The notes under the pieces were generated by a model that worked only from the letters and a program-made list of their open reading frames with translations, was not told the DNA's origin and ran no database searches. A stretch of 64,000 bases of DNA from a virus: the IMG/VR virus record IMGVR_UViG_3300021495_000001, positions 1 through 64,000 of that record, one strand, 5' to 3'. Below are positions 41,558 to 51,055 of the stretch, piece by piece; within the stretch, counting starts at the first letter, position 1; every line of letters begins with the position of its first letter. Position numbers and translations under genes: made by a program.

Positions 41558-42595
41558 ATGGAAAGAGAAAAGTTATTAAAAGCATTAGAGGTTGTTAGAC
41601 CAGGGCTGTCAAACAAAGGTTTTATAGAGCAGATGGGTTGTTTTATTTTTACAGGGGATAGAGTGGTTACTTACAATGATGAAATTACCATTACCCACCC
41701 TCTACAAACAGGAATAACGGGGGCAGTGAGAGCAGAACAACTGTATAAGTTGCTTGGTAAACTACCTGACCACCGTATTAGGCTTAGGGCAACTGAAACA
41801 GAGCTGTTGGTGTCTGATGGGAAAATTAAAGCAGGCATCCCTTTACAAACAGAGATAGAACTCCCCCTTCTGGATTATAGCAAGATAAAGGGCTGGGTGA
41901 AAATACCAGAGGGCTTTTTAGAAGCAGTTAAATTTTGCCTCTTTTCATGTGCTAGAGACATCACCACCCCACAATTGTCTTGTATTTATGTTAATAAAAA
42001 AGGGGGGTCAGTGGAGTCCACAGATAATTTCCGTCTTACCAGGGTTAATGTGGGGGGGCTTGATGCGTTCCCTGCCTCTTTCTTACTCCCTGTCCATGCA
42101 GCGGAGGGAGTATTTGCCAATGAGGGGGGAGTGGAAGAGATAGCAGTGGGGGAGAACTGGGTGCATTTTAGGTTGGGTAACCAGTGTATGTTTAGTGCTA
42201 GGACTTATACAGAAGTCCAATATCCTAATCTTTCAGAGGTCATCCATCAGTTTGAACAAAAAAAAGAGAAGGTAAAAATCACTTTACCAAAAACCCTTCC
42301 TGACATCCTCCAGCGAGCAATGATATTTGCTGGTGACAGTGGGACTGAACGGGTTACAGTGTCTGTATTGTCAGGGAAGATGGAAGTGAGGGCAGAGGGA
42401 GTAAATGGATGGTTTAAAGAAGTGGATGAGGTGGACTATGAGGGGGAGACAGTAGTGTTTCGTATTAACCCTCATTATCTAGCTGATATATGTGAGAAGA
42501 CTAATTATCTTGAGGTAACTGATAGGCTAGCAGGATTTAGAAGTGAAGAGTGGATACATATTGTGGCATTGATGTCTGAGAAGGAGGAGACATAG
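41558..42595 (+). CDS. DNA polymerase sliding clamp, beta (DnaN-like)
   Basis: 345 aa. LLKALEVVRPGLSNKGFIEQMGCFIFTGDRVVTYNDEITITHPL... shows the three-fold beta-clamp-like pattern. Start is set at MEREKLL after aaggagg. Confidence 0.55.
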   Translation: MEREKLLKALEVVRPGLSNKGFIEQMGCFIFTGDRVVTYNDEITITHPLQTGITGAVRAEQLYKLLGKLPDHRIRLRATETELLVSDGKIKAGIPLQTEIELPLLDYSKIKGWVKIPEGFLEAVKFCLFSCARDITTPQLSCIYVNKKGGSVESTDNFRLTRVNVGGLDAFPASFLLPVHAAEGVFANEGGVEEIAVGENWVHFRLGNQCMFSARTYTEVQYPNLSEVIHQFEQKKEKVKITLPKTLPDILQRAMIFAGDSGTERVTVSVLSGKMEVRAEGVNGWFKEVDEVDYEGETVVFRINPHYLADICEKTNYLEVTDRLAGFRSEEWIHIVALMSEKEET

Positions 42596-42639
42596 GCGGC
42601 CTTTTTTGTGTAGTAACCAATCAAAGGAGGTGTAATGAT

Positions 42640-42813
42640 ATGGGTTATGAGAGGGTTTACGTATACAAAAACTATGAGGACATTGTTGTGGTGGTAGCAG
42701 ATAGCAAAGAACAAGCACAGGAGAAAATTAAGGAAAGGTTTGGGGGGATATATAATGCTAGACTAGAAGACATAAAAACATTGGATGAGTTTATAGAACA
42801 GTTTCGTATATGA
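42640..42813 (+). CDS. Small protein (57 aa), paralog family member 1
   Basis: Manual reading: aaggaggtgtaatgat ATG. RVYVYKNYEDIVVVVADSKEQAQEKIKERFGG...LDEFIEQF parallels the C-terminus of 42854..43186. Confidence 0.45.
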   Translation: MGYERVYVYKNYEDIVVVVADSKEQAQEKIKERFGGIYNARLEDIKTLDEFIEQFRI

Positions 42814-42853
42814 AACTGAGAAGTGAAGAGAAAGAGAACAAGAGGGGACTAAT

Positions 42854-43186
42854 ATGAAAGAATGGGATTTTTTAGAAAGAATAGCTAATGAGCTTTTGCA
42901 AACCCTTTATCAAAGAATGTGGTTTAGGGGTTGGGATGTTTATAGTGAGGATTGGGCTGTTGAAAGAATAAAACATGCGCTGGAGAAGGCAATAGAGGAA
43001 AATAGGAAGGGAAAAATTTATGTATATGTGGATTTTGAGGATATAGCTGTAGCAATAGCAGACAGTAAAGAAGATGCATTAAAGAAATTCATGGAAAAGT
43101 CTGAAGGAATATGGGATGAGGTGGAATGTGTACTGGCGTTGGATGAGTTCATAGAGCGGTTTCTTGTAGGAAAAGCAAAAAAGTAG
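42854..43186 (+). CDS. Hypothetical protein, paralog family member 2
   Basis: C-terminus KIYVYVDFEDIAVAIADSKEDALKKFMEKSEGIW...LDEFIERF. Confidence 0.5.
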   Translation: MKEWDFLERIANELLQTLYQRMWFRGWDVYSEDWAVERIKHALEKAIEENRKGKIYVYVDFEDIAVAIADSKEDALKKFMEKSEGIWDEVECVLALDEFIERFLVGKAKK

Positions 43187-43194
43187 GAATACAA

Positions 43195-45777
43195 GTGGGC
43201 TTTTTCAACCTAGTAAGTGAAAAAACTAGAGGTGGCTGTGTTTCCTGTGGCTTATATAAAAATGCAACTAACCCCCAGATAAAGCCATACGGCCATTTTA
43301 AACTAGGCATTCTAAATGTAGGCCAAAGCCCTGGTGAGGTAGAAGATAGAAGAGGGAAGCCTTGGCAGGGGAGAGCTGGACGGGTGCTTAGACAGGCATA
43401 TAGAGAGCTAGGGGTGTCCTTGTTCAGGGATTGCCTAAACATTAATGCAGTGAACTGCCGTCCAATAGACAAAAAAGGCAATAACAGAACCCCCACAAAT
43501 AATGAGATTAACTGTTGCCGTCCACGAGTGCTGAGAACCATTAAGGAGAACCACCCCAAAGTGATTGTCCTCTTAGGTGGTGAAGCAGTGCAGAGTGTAA
43601 TAGGCCATAGATGGAAAAAGGACTTAGGGGGGATAATGAAATGGAGGGGGTGGTGTATACCAGATAGAGACCTGCATGCATGGGTCTGCCCTGTCTTCCA
43701 CCCCAGCTATGTTATGAGGCAGGAGAGGGAGGATGTGGCATGGACAGTATGGAGGCAGGATTTAGAGAGAGCTTTAGGTATGATACATACCCCTTTCCCC
43801 ACTTTTACTGAAGAAAGAGAAAAGGTAAGAATAGTAAAACAACCAAGGGCGTTATTTGAAAAGCTGAGAAAAGAAACTCCATCTATGAACCCACCATACC
43901 TAGCCTTTGATATAGAGACAACTGGAATAAAGCCGTATGACAAACAAAACCATCAGGTAGTTTGCATGTCTTTTTGTAATAGCCCAGATATTGTTTATGT
44001 CACCCCAGCACCAATTGAGAGGGCTGATGTAGAGGCTCTAAAAAAATTGCTAGAGGATAAGAGGATTGGAAAGATTGCACATAATATGAAGTTTGAAGGA
44101 ACATGGATGAAGGTAATGTATGGGATAGAGGTAAGAGGGTGGGTATGGGATAGCATGATAGCTGCACATGTTTTAGACAACCGCCCAGATATAACAGGGC
44201 TTAAGTTTCAGGTGTATATCCGTTTTGGGATACCAGATTATGATAGTGAGATTACACCATACCTGAGGGGAAAAGACCCCAAAAATGCTAACTCAGTGAA
44301 TAGAATTATGGAGCTGGTGAGGTCTCCTGTGGGCTTTACTAAGTTGATGAACTATTGTGGGCTGGATAGCTTGTTTACTTACCAGCTAGCAATAAAACAG
44401 ATGAAAGAGATAAAACAGTATGAGAAAGGTTATGGATTATTTCATAATGGTGCTTTAGCATTAATGCGAGCAGAGTGGGCTGGAATGAGGGTGGATGTAG
44501 AGTATTGTAAACGAAAAAAGAGACTTTTGTCCAAAAAGGTCAATTTCTACCAACATAAACTGGAAGAGACTAAACTGGCTCAGTTATGGAAAAAGAGATT
44601 TAGGGATAAGGTGAACTGGAACAGCAACCAGCAGTTATCCCATATTCTTTACCATGTCATGAAAATAACTCCACCCAAGCTAACTGCCACAGGGGCTGGT
44701 GCAACAGATAATGAGGCATTGGAAAAGATAAATGTCCCTGGGGTGGGTTTGATATTGCAGATCCGTAGACTGAAAAAAATCCGAGACACCTACCTAGAGG
44801 CTTTTCTGAGAGAACAAGTAGGGGGCTGGATGCATCCCCATTTTGACCTGCACACAGTGCGTAGCTACCGTAGCTCTAGCTCTTCCCCTAATTTCCAAAA
44901 TATACCTAATCGGGATAGAGAGGCAATGAAAATATGCCGAGGGGCTATATACCCACGGCCAGGGCACTTGATATTAGCCCCTGATTTCAGTGGGATAGAG
45001 GTGATGGTTGCCTGCTGTTACACAAAGGATGAGCGGCTGATTTATGATGCTGTCCATGGGGATATGCATAGGGATATGGCAATGGAGCTGTATATGTTAG
45101 ATAGCCTAGACAAACACCACCCTGGTGAAAAGAATTTCCGCCAAGGGGGGAAGAACGGGTTTGTATTCCCCCAATTTTATGGAGATTATTATATGAACTG
45201 CGCCCAGGGGCTGTTAGAGTGGGCGAAAGTGGCATATCGCAGGGATGGCACACCAGGGTTGGTGCATCTTCAGGATAAAGGATTGGTTAAGTTGGATAAA
45301 AAAGGTGAGATAAAAAGCTGTGATAAATTTATTGAGCATGTACGGGCAGTGGAAGACCAGTTTTGGAATGTAAGGTATAAAGGGTACACAGAATGGAAAG
45401 AGAGAACCTGGAGGGAATATCAAAAGAAGGGCTATGTGGAGATGTTTACTGGATTTAGATGTGGCGGGGTGATGCGGAGAAACGAAGTATTAAACATCCC
45501 CATACAAGGCTCAGCTTTTCACTGCTTGTTGTGGTCTTTTATTGAAATTGGCAGGATAAGTGAAGAGGAAGGGTGGGATAGCAGATTATTCGGGGAGATA
45601 CATGATGAGATGCTGATTGACACCCACCCAGAAGAACTTGAACATGTAAAGAAGACAGTAGAGAGGGTAACCACGGTAGAGCTACCCAAGGCTTTTTCAT
45701 GGATAATTGTTCCATTGAAAGTAGAAATAGAAGTACATCCTGTAGATGGTTGTTGGGCAAAGAAAGAAAGTCATTAA
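43195..45777 (+). CDS. Family-4 uracil-DNA glycosylase domain fused to a family A DNA polymerase (3'-5' exo plus pol)
   Basis: UDG: GCVSCGLYKNA, LNVGQSPGEVEDRRGKPWQGRAGRVL, NAVNCRP, FHPSYV. Exo: LAFDIETTG. Pol motif A DFSGIEVMVACCY, motif B RQGGKNGFVFPQFYG, motif C GEIHDEMLID. Confidence 0.85.
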   Translation: MGFFNLVSEKTRGGCVSCGLYKNATNPQIKPYGHFKLGILNVGQSPGEVEDRRGKPWQGRAGRVLRQAYRELGVSLFRDCLNINAVNCRPIDKKGNNRTPTNNEINCCRPRVLRTIKENHPKVIVLLGGEAVQSVIGHRWKKDLGGIMKWRGWCIPDRDLHAWVCPVFHPSYVMRQEREDVAWTVWRQDLERALGMIHTPFPTFTEEREKVRIVKQPRALFEKLRKETPSMNPPYLAFDIETTGIKPYDKQNHQVVCMSFCNSPDIVYVTPAPIERADVEALKKLLEDKRIGKIAHNMKFEGTWMKVMYGIEVRGWVWDSMIAAHVLDNRPDITGLKFQVYIRFGIPDYDSEITPYLRGKDPKNANSVNRIMELVRSPVGFTKLMNYCGLDSLFTYQLAIKQMKEIKQYEKGYGLFHNGALALMRAEWAGMRVDVEYCKRKKRLLSKKVNFYQHKLEETKLAQLWKKRFRDKVNWNSNQQLSHILYHVMKITPPKLTATGAGATDNEALEKINVPGVGLILQIRRLKKIRDTYLEAFLREQVGGWMHPHFDLHTVRSYRSSSSSPNFQNIPNRDREAMKICRGAIYPRPGHLILAPDFSGIEVMVACCYTKDERLIYDAVHGDMHRDMAMELYMLDSLDKHHPGEKNFRQGGKNGFVFPQFYGDYYMNCAQGLLEWAKVAYRRDGTPGLVHLQDKGLVKLDKKGEIKSCDKFIEHVRAVEDQFWNVRYKGYTEWKERTWREYQKKGYVEMFTGFRCGGVMRRNEVLNIPIQGSAFHCLLWSFIEIGRISEEEGWDSRLFGEIHDEMLIDTHPEELEHVKKTVERVTTVELPKAFSWIIVPLKVEIEVHPVDGCWAKKESH

Positions 45778-45813
45778 GGAAATGGAGAAAAATGAGTATA
45801 ATAATATAGAGGG
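45773..45813 (+). promoter_or_regulatory. Conserved phage promoter element, copy 3
   Basis: ATTAAGGAAATGGAGAAAAATGAGTATAATAATATAGAGGGG: TTAAGG at 45774-79 (its TAA is the polymerase stop), 17-nt spacer, TATAAT at 45797-802. Confidence 0.55.
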
Positions 45814-45823
45814 GTAGAAATAA

Positions 45824-46036
45824 GTGAGTGCCCAAAATTTTGAAATAGGTGACATTGTAGAAATTTTACCTTGTCTATTAGGGGAAATATATGATATTGT
45901 GGGGAGAAGGGCAAAAGTGATTGGATTTATTTCCTCTCCCAACATAACAACTGCAATTAAAGTAGAGATAGGTGATAGCATATTCTTTCTGCATCCAATG
46001 GAATTAAAGAAGATTAAAGGAGGAAGTTATGAGTAA
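45824..46036 (+). CDS. Hypothetical small protein (GTG start)
   Basis: 70-aa ORF, first after promoter copy 3. Confidence 0.45.
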   Translation: MSAQNFEIGDIVEILPCLLGEIYDIVGRRAKVIGFISSPNITTAIKVEIGDSIFFLHPMELKKIKGGSYE

Positions 46037-46268
46037 TGAAAAAATGGCAATCAGGAAAGATGACCCAAGAGAAAGGTATCTTTATGATGCTGAGTTTAGG
46101 ACATTGGTTGATGCTATGTTAAAACTTGTTGAGAACTGTCAATTTACTCCTTTTGAATTAAGACAGGCTCTTGTTTTGGCTCTTATAAAGTATGAGGAAC
46201 TGACTTTGAGGGCATCACCTTTTAAGTTATCTCCAAAGATAGATATTTTATGGGGAAATGAAAAATAA
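46029..46268 (+). CDS. Hypothetical protein
   Basis: 79-aa ORF with RBS aaaggaggaagtt ATG. Confidence 0.45.
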   Translation: MSNEKMAIRKDDPRERYLYDAEFRTLVDAMLKLVENCQFTPFELRQALVLALIKYEELTLRASPFKLSPKIDILWGNEK

Positions 46269-46297
46269 ACATTATTTCAATAAATAAAGGAGAGCTT

Positions 46298-46651
46298 ATG
46301 AGTAAAAAAATAGATGATTATTTAGATTTGAATGTTAGAGATAATGGTCCAAGCATTATCATTGAAGGTAGTTTTACCTTCAAAACAATACAGGAATTTC
46401 ACAAAAATGTATACTCTCAGTTTGAAGAAGAGCTAAGGTATATGTCAAAAATGACATTATTGAATGAAATCATGGAATTAATTACCAAAGAAATCAAGGA
46501 GAATGGTGACAAGATATTAGAAATCTCAGGTAAAGTACTGAAGAGCAGGATGTTTGGTTCAGATGAAGAGCAATTAAGAGAAATAATGAATCTGGTACAG
46601 TTAACTTTACTCATGTTAGTAAGAAAAAATGAGGATATGGCTGAAAAATAA
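46298..46651 (+). CDS. Hypothetical protein
   Basis: 117-aa ORF with RBS aaaggagagctt ATG. Confidence 0.45.
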   Translation: MSKKIDDYLDLNVRDNGPSIIIEGSFTFKTIQEFHKNVYSQFEEELRYMSKMTLLNEIMELITKEIKENGDKILEISGKVLKSRMFGSDEEQLREIMNLVQLTLLMLVRKNEDMAEK

Positions 46652-46662
46652 AGGAGGATATA

Positions 46663-46947
46663 ATGGGCAAAGAGGGAAAGATAACAGTGGAGAGGTTAGT
46701 GGAGTTAAAAACAGAATTGGAAAAGGAGATAAAGGAATACCTATGTGCTAAATTCTATGATTTTCAGCAGAAGACTGGAGTACCTGTGTCTAACATTCAT
46801 GTTTCTTTCTATGGCCTACCCCGTCACCTCTGTTCTAGTAATCCCTGGCAGAAGCATTCTATTTCAGAAAGAATGGATGACAATTCTCTAAAGGGAGTTG
46901 AGGACGTCACAGTAGAGCTAGATATTGACAGAGTGGGGGAAGTTTAG
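46663..46947 (+). CDS. Hypothetical protein
   Basis: 94-aa ORF abutting the clamp-loader start. Confidence 0.45.
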   Translation: MGKEGKITVERLVELKTELEKEIKEYLCAKFYDFQQKTGVPVSNIHVSFYGLPRHLCSSNPWQKHSISERMDDNSLKGVEDVTVELDIDRVGEV

Positions 46948-47865
46948 ATGGCTTTATACTTAAAATACAGGCCAAAAGAGTTTGATGAAGTATATGGGAA
47001 TGAGCAAACATTAGAGACACTACAAGAGCTGTTAGCCAAACCCAACCCTCCCCATTCATACTTACTTCATGGCCCAACTGGATGTGGAAAGACTACATTG
47101 GCAAGGATAATTGCCAGAAAACTGGGGTGTGAAGGGAATGATTTCAGGGAACTAGATACGGCAGATTTCCGTGGGATTGACACCATAAGGGAAATCCGTG
47201 AACATATGCAATACCGTCCGCTGCAGGGGAAGTGTAGAGTTTGGCTTCTTGACGAGGTCCACCAAACAACCAAGGAAGCCCAGAATGCATTACTAAAGGC
47301 ACTTGAGGATACTCCCCGTCATGTTTACTTTATCCTCTGCACCACTGACCCACATAAACTCCTCCCTACTATCAGGGGGCGTTGCAGTGAGTTTTCTGTT
47401 AAACCTCTCAGTGACAGGGACATGAAAAGCTTGTTACACAAGGTGGTAAAAGCAGAGGGGGAGAGGTTAAGCAAGAAAGTATATGACCAAATAATACAGG
47501 ACAGCCAAGGGCATCCGAGAAATGCTTTACAAATACTGGAACAAACGCTAGCCGTCCTGCCAGAGAAACGCCTTGAGGTGGCTAAGAGGGTAGCGGAGAA
47601 GCAGTCGCAGACTATTCAACTATGCCGTGCCCTTTTGGATGGCTCTCCATGGACTAAAGTGATGCAAATATTGAAAGGGCTGAAGGAAGAGGACCCAGAG
47701 GGGGTGAGGCGAGCAGTGTTGGGGTATTGCCAAGCAGTGTTGTTAAATGGTGAAAACAATCAGGCTGGGGTGGTTATGGAGGAGTTTATTGAGCCTTTTT
47801 ATAATAGCGGTTTTGCAGGTTTGGTGTTTGCTTGTTATTCAGTAGTGATGGGGGGTGGAAGTTGA
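46948..47865 (+). CDS. Clamp loader AAA+ ATPase (DNA pol III gamma/tau - RFC-like)
   Basis: YRPKEFDEVYGNE, Walker A HGPTGCGKTTLARIIA, Walker B WLLDEVHQ, sensor/SRC IRGRCSEF. Confidence 0.8.
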   Translation: MALYLKYRPKEFDEVYGNEQTLETLQELLAKPNPPHSYLLHGPTGCGKTTLARIIARKLGCEGNDFRELDTADFRGIDTIREIREHMQYRPLQGKCRVWLLDEVHQTTKEAQNALLKALEDTPRHVYFILCTTDPHKLLPTIRGRCSEFSVKPLSDRDMKSLLHKVVKAEGERLSKKVYDQIIQDSQGHPRNALQILEQTLAVLPEKRLEVAKRVAEKQSQTIQLCRALLDGSPWTKVMQILKGLKEEDPEGVRRAVLGYCQAVLLNGENNQAGVVMEEFIEPFYNSGFAGLVFACYSVVMGGGS

Positions 47866-47905
47866 AAGAAATTAAAAGAAAAAATAACAAAAAAAGGAGG
47901 AAATT

Positions 47906-48295
47906 ATGAAAATTAAAAGAGAAATAGCAAAAATAATTTACTCCATCACACCTTCCTACTCTTCTGGACAGGAAGATTTAAGAAAAATAGAAGAGCTTAC
48001 TAAGCTTTTTAAGTCCTATGCTCGTTCATTAGTACCTGATATACAACATTATGATAATGATGATGTGAAGAATCCTGACCTCCAATTCAGAGTTATTTGT
48101 GCATATAAAGATGGTTACAATGCATGTAGGGAAGAAATATTGAATTCAATAAATAATGAAGAGGATAGCTCTCTTATTATAAAAGATGGGTGGAAAATAA
48201 ACAAAGAAGGTAAGATTGAAGTCCAAACTGGGCTGGATAAACGTGATGGTAAATGGGGTACAGGCAAGTACTGTAGATTTGAAGGAGATAAATAG
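47906..48295 (+). CDS. Hypothetical protein
   Basis: 129-aa ORF with RBS aaaggaggaaatt ATG. Confidence 0.45.
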   Translation: MKIKREIAKIIYSITPSYSSGQEDLRKIEELTKLFKSYARSLVPDIQHYDNDDVKNPDLQFRVICAYKDGYNACREEILNSINNEEDSSLIIKDGWKINKEGKIEVQTGLDKRDGKWGTGKYCRFEGDK

Positions 48296-48296
48296 A

Positions 48297-48581
48297 ATGA
48301 AATGGCCAAAGTATAGGTACAAATACAAAGCCTATCCTGACGCACTTTTATCTCTGCAGTTCCGCAAAGATGGAAATGGAAGGCCAATATTTTCTATTAC
48401 TAGCAACTTAACTAAGAGAAGGCATCTTGATGACAGTTTTACCCAGTTAAGCTACCCAAAGTTTGGACGGGACTTAGCTCAAGCAGATTTTTTAAGTGAA
48501 CAAGACAAGCTTGCTTTAGACCTTTTTTGTAAGTCTTATTTGGAATGTAGAAGGGAAACGAAAAGCAAGGAGAATAAATAA
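48297..48581 (+). CDS. Hypothetical protein
   Basis: Start is set at MKWPKYRYK (after gaaggaga), two nt past the upstream stop. The ORF-track start at 48216 overlaps the upstream gene. Confidence 0.4.
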   Translation: MKWPKYRYKYKAYPDALLSLQFRKDGNGRPIFSITSNLTKRRHLDDSFTQLSYPKFGRDLAQADFLSEQDKLALDLFCKSYLECRRETKSKENK

Positions 48582-49052
48582 ATGGATTGGGCAGAAAAAG
48601 AAGTAGCAAGTCTGGAATTAAGTAGGAGGCTAAAAGAATTAGGGTTTCCTCAAAATAGGGAAGGCTGGCACTGGGTAAAAACTACATATCCTATTAAATG
48701 GGTATTAGCAATTATGTTAGATGGAATATGGTTGAGTGCGAAAAACTATATTACAATTAAAGATGAAGTAATAGAAGAAATTGTTAAAGCTCCTACCTGC
48801 CCAGAAATGGGTAAATGGTTACCGCTTTATTTAGATGTGAGAAAAGGCGTTCTTTCTGCTGAGGTTCATAGATTGCATCTGTATAGAACTTATGATGGTT
48901 GGTGTATTTCCTATGGGGCATTAAGCCGATGCGCATTTACTCTTCCTAATGCTTTTGCTGAAATGTTGATATATTTAGTGAGAAATGAATATATGTCTTT
49001 CAGCCAAGGAGAGATAAAGATAATCCCCCTATTGCGAGAGGGGGGATATTAA
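48582..49052 (+). CDS. Hypothetical protein
   Basis: 156-aa ORF abutting the upstream stop. Confidence 0.45.
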   Translation: MDWAEKEVASLELSRRLKELGFPQNREGWHWVKTTYPIKWVLAIMLDGIWLSAKNYITIKDEVIEEIVKAPTCPEMGKWLPLYLDVRKGVLSAEVHRLHLYRTYDGWCISYGALSRCAFTLPNAFAEMLIYLVRNEYMSFSQGEIKIIPLLREGGY

Positions 49053-49077
49053 ACAAAATAGACAGGGAGGATAAATA

Positions 49078-49560
49078 ATGGACTTTGAAAAAGACATAAA
49101 CATAGATGAGCAGGCATTGGATGTGGAATGGTTAGAACAGCCTAGGATAACTCTCCAGTATGCCAAGTGGGTAGCAGATTTGGAGGAGAGGAAAGACAGG
49201 GCAAAGGAGTTAGTGGAGGTGATGAAAGCAGAGCTAGATAAAGATATACGGAGCAATCCTGATAAGTATGGATTGGCTAAAATTACTGAGGGGGCTGTTC
49301 AAAATACTATTATTCTGCAACCAGAATACAGAGAGGCCCAAGAGGCTTACATTGAGGCTAAGCATGAGAGTGATATTGCAAAAGCTGCAATGAGGGCAGT
49401 GGATACAAAGAAGATGGCGTTGGAAAACTTAGTAAAGCTGTTTGGCCTTTCTTACTTTGCAGGACCTTCTGTGCCACGAAATCTAGCAGAAGAAAGGGCA
49501 AAGAAACAGAAAGAGAGCAACCAAAAAGTGGCTAGGGCTATGAGGAGAAAGAAACAATGA
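49078..49560 (+). CDS. Hypothetical protein
   Basis: 160-aa ORF with RBS agggaggataaata ATG and a helical Lys-rich tail. Confidence 0.5.
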   Translation: MDFEKDINIDEQALDVEWLEQPRITLQYAKWVADLEERKDRAKELVEVMKAELDKDIRSNPDKYGLAKITEGAVQNTIILQPEYREAQEAYIEAKHESDIAKAAMRAVDTKKMALENLVKLFGLSYFAGPSVPRNLAEERAKKQKESNQKVARAMRRKKQ

Positions 49561-49709
49561 AATGGTGGTTGATTGTAGTTGGAGTGGTTATCTGTCTGCC
49601 TTTTTATGCCTATGTGCTTAGTAAACATATTACATTGGGTAAATTAATGGCATATAGGGTGATTTTAAAGATGGGCAAGGAGAAAAAGGATGAAGATAGA
49701 GGAATTTGA
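49557..49709 (+). CDS. Possible small membrane protein (50 aa)
   Basis: Manual reading: ATGA overlap, product MKWWLIVVGVVICLPFYAYVL... Confidence 0.3.
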   Translation: MKWWLIVVGVVICLPFYAYVLSKHITLGKLMAYRVILKMGKEKKDEDRGI

Positions 49710-50070
49710 GTTGGAGAGAAATGAAGAAGGAGTACAAGTCTCAATGACTATTGCGTTGGAGACGAACGTCAGATTTAAGGTTCCTAAATCCTTGGGTTCC
49801 TTGGAAGTGGTTAGAGGGGCTGATGTTGATGAGGAAGGAAAGCTAAAGGGGATGGTGGAATTTGACAAATTGTGGATAGAAACAAAACATATAGATAATT
49901 TTACTGATGTGAGACGAGCAGTTACAGAAATCAGAGGGTTGATTAGGGAAATCTCTCTTGCCGAGAGAGCGGCGATGGATACCTGTTTGCTTATTGAAAA
50001 CTATATAAGAAAGGAGTTGCAGGAATATTTAATAAAGGAGGACAAAGATGAGAAAGAAGAGGAGAAGTAA
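49690..50070 (+). CDS. Hypothetical protein
   Basis: 126-aa ORF. Confidence 0.45.
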   Translation: MKIEEFELERNEEGVQVSMTIALETNVRFKVPKSLGSLEVVRGADVDEEGKLKGMVEFDKLWIETKHIDNFTDVRRAVTEIRGLIREISLAERAAMDTCLLIENYIRKELQEYLIKEDKDEKEEEK

Positions 50071-51055
50071 ATTCAGAGACAGGGTGGCTGCAGATGCACA
50101 GAGGCAACGTAACCAGCGGTCTCAATACGGTCATCTTCAGTTACCTAAAGGGATACGGATGTTTAGGGAGGAGCCTAACACGAGGGTTAAGTTAGACTTC
50201 TTACCGTACCGTGTCACTGACCCACATCACCCTGATAGGGATGAGGAGCTGGGGATAGCTGTGGAGGGGGAGCTTTGGTATAAACGCCCTTACAAGTTGC
50301 ACCGTAATATTGGCATAAATAATGAGACAATAGTTTGCCCTACCAGTGTTGGTAAACCCTGCCCAATTTGTGAGTATCGGGCAAGATTGTTGAAAGAAGG
50401 GGGTAAATGGGATGATGATGCGGTGAGAGCACTCAGACCAAGTGACCGCAACCTGTATGTGGTGATCCCTCTAGGGCATAAAGAGTATGAAGAGAAACCA
50501 CATGTCTGGGACATCAGCCAAGCATGTTTTCAGAAGGCATTGAATGAGGAGTTGGAGGAGGATGAGGACAGGGCGGTGTTTCCTGATTTAGAAGAGGGGT
50601 ATACCTTGCGGATACGGTTTAGTGAGGAGAAGTTTGGGAAAAATACCTTTGCTGACACATCTAGGATTGATTTTATAGAGCGGGATAGTGTTTATTCAGA
50701 AGACATCCTAGAGCAGGTACCAAACCTAGATGAGGTTCTTACCATCCTTCCCTACAAGGAGATAGAAGCCAAGTTGTTTGATATGGATAGCGAGCCGACA
50801 GAGGAAGAGGAAATGGGACAGGAAGAGGTCAAGAAAGAAGAAGAGGAGGATGTACCTCTTCAGCCTAGTAGGTATAGGAAACCAAAAGAAACTAAGAGAG
50901 AGATAGAGAGAGAAGAGACAATCCGCAAGCCTAAGTCTAAGAAGTGTCCATATGGCCATGTCTTTGGGCAGGATTGTGAAGAGTTTGATGATTGTGATGA
51001 TTGTGAGGTATTTGATGACTGCTTTGAACAAAGAGAAAAAGAAGAAAGAGGATAG
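50048..51055 (+). CDS. Single-stranded DNA-binding protein, T4 gp32-like
   Basis: The architecture parallels gp32: VKLDFLPYRV (cf IRFLP), a Zn site H...CPTSVGKPCPICEY, NLYVVIPL, and an acidic C-terminal tail (EEEMGQEEVKKEEEED) plus an extra Cys/Asp-rich end. Confidence 0.55.
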   Translation: MRKKRRSKFRDRVAADAQRQRNQRSQYGHLQLPKGIRMFREEPNTRVKLDFLPYRVTDPHHPDRDEELGIAVEGELWYKRPYKLHRNIGINNETIVCPTSVGKPCPICEYRARLLKEGGKWDDDAVRALRPSDRNLYVVIPLGHKEYEEKPHVWDISQACFQKALNEELEEDEDRAVFPDLEEGYTLRIRFSEEKFGKNTFADTSRIDFIERDSVYSEDILEQVPNLDEVLTILPYKEIEAKLFDMDSEPTEEEEMGQEEVKKEEEEDVPLQPSRYRKPKETKREIEREETIRKPKSKKCPYGHVFGQDCEEFDDCDDCEVFDDCFEQREKEERG

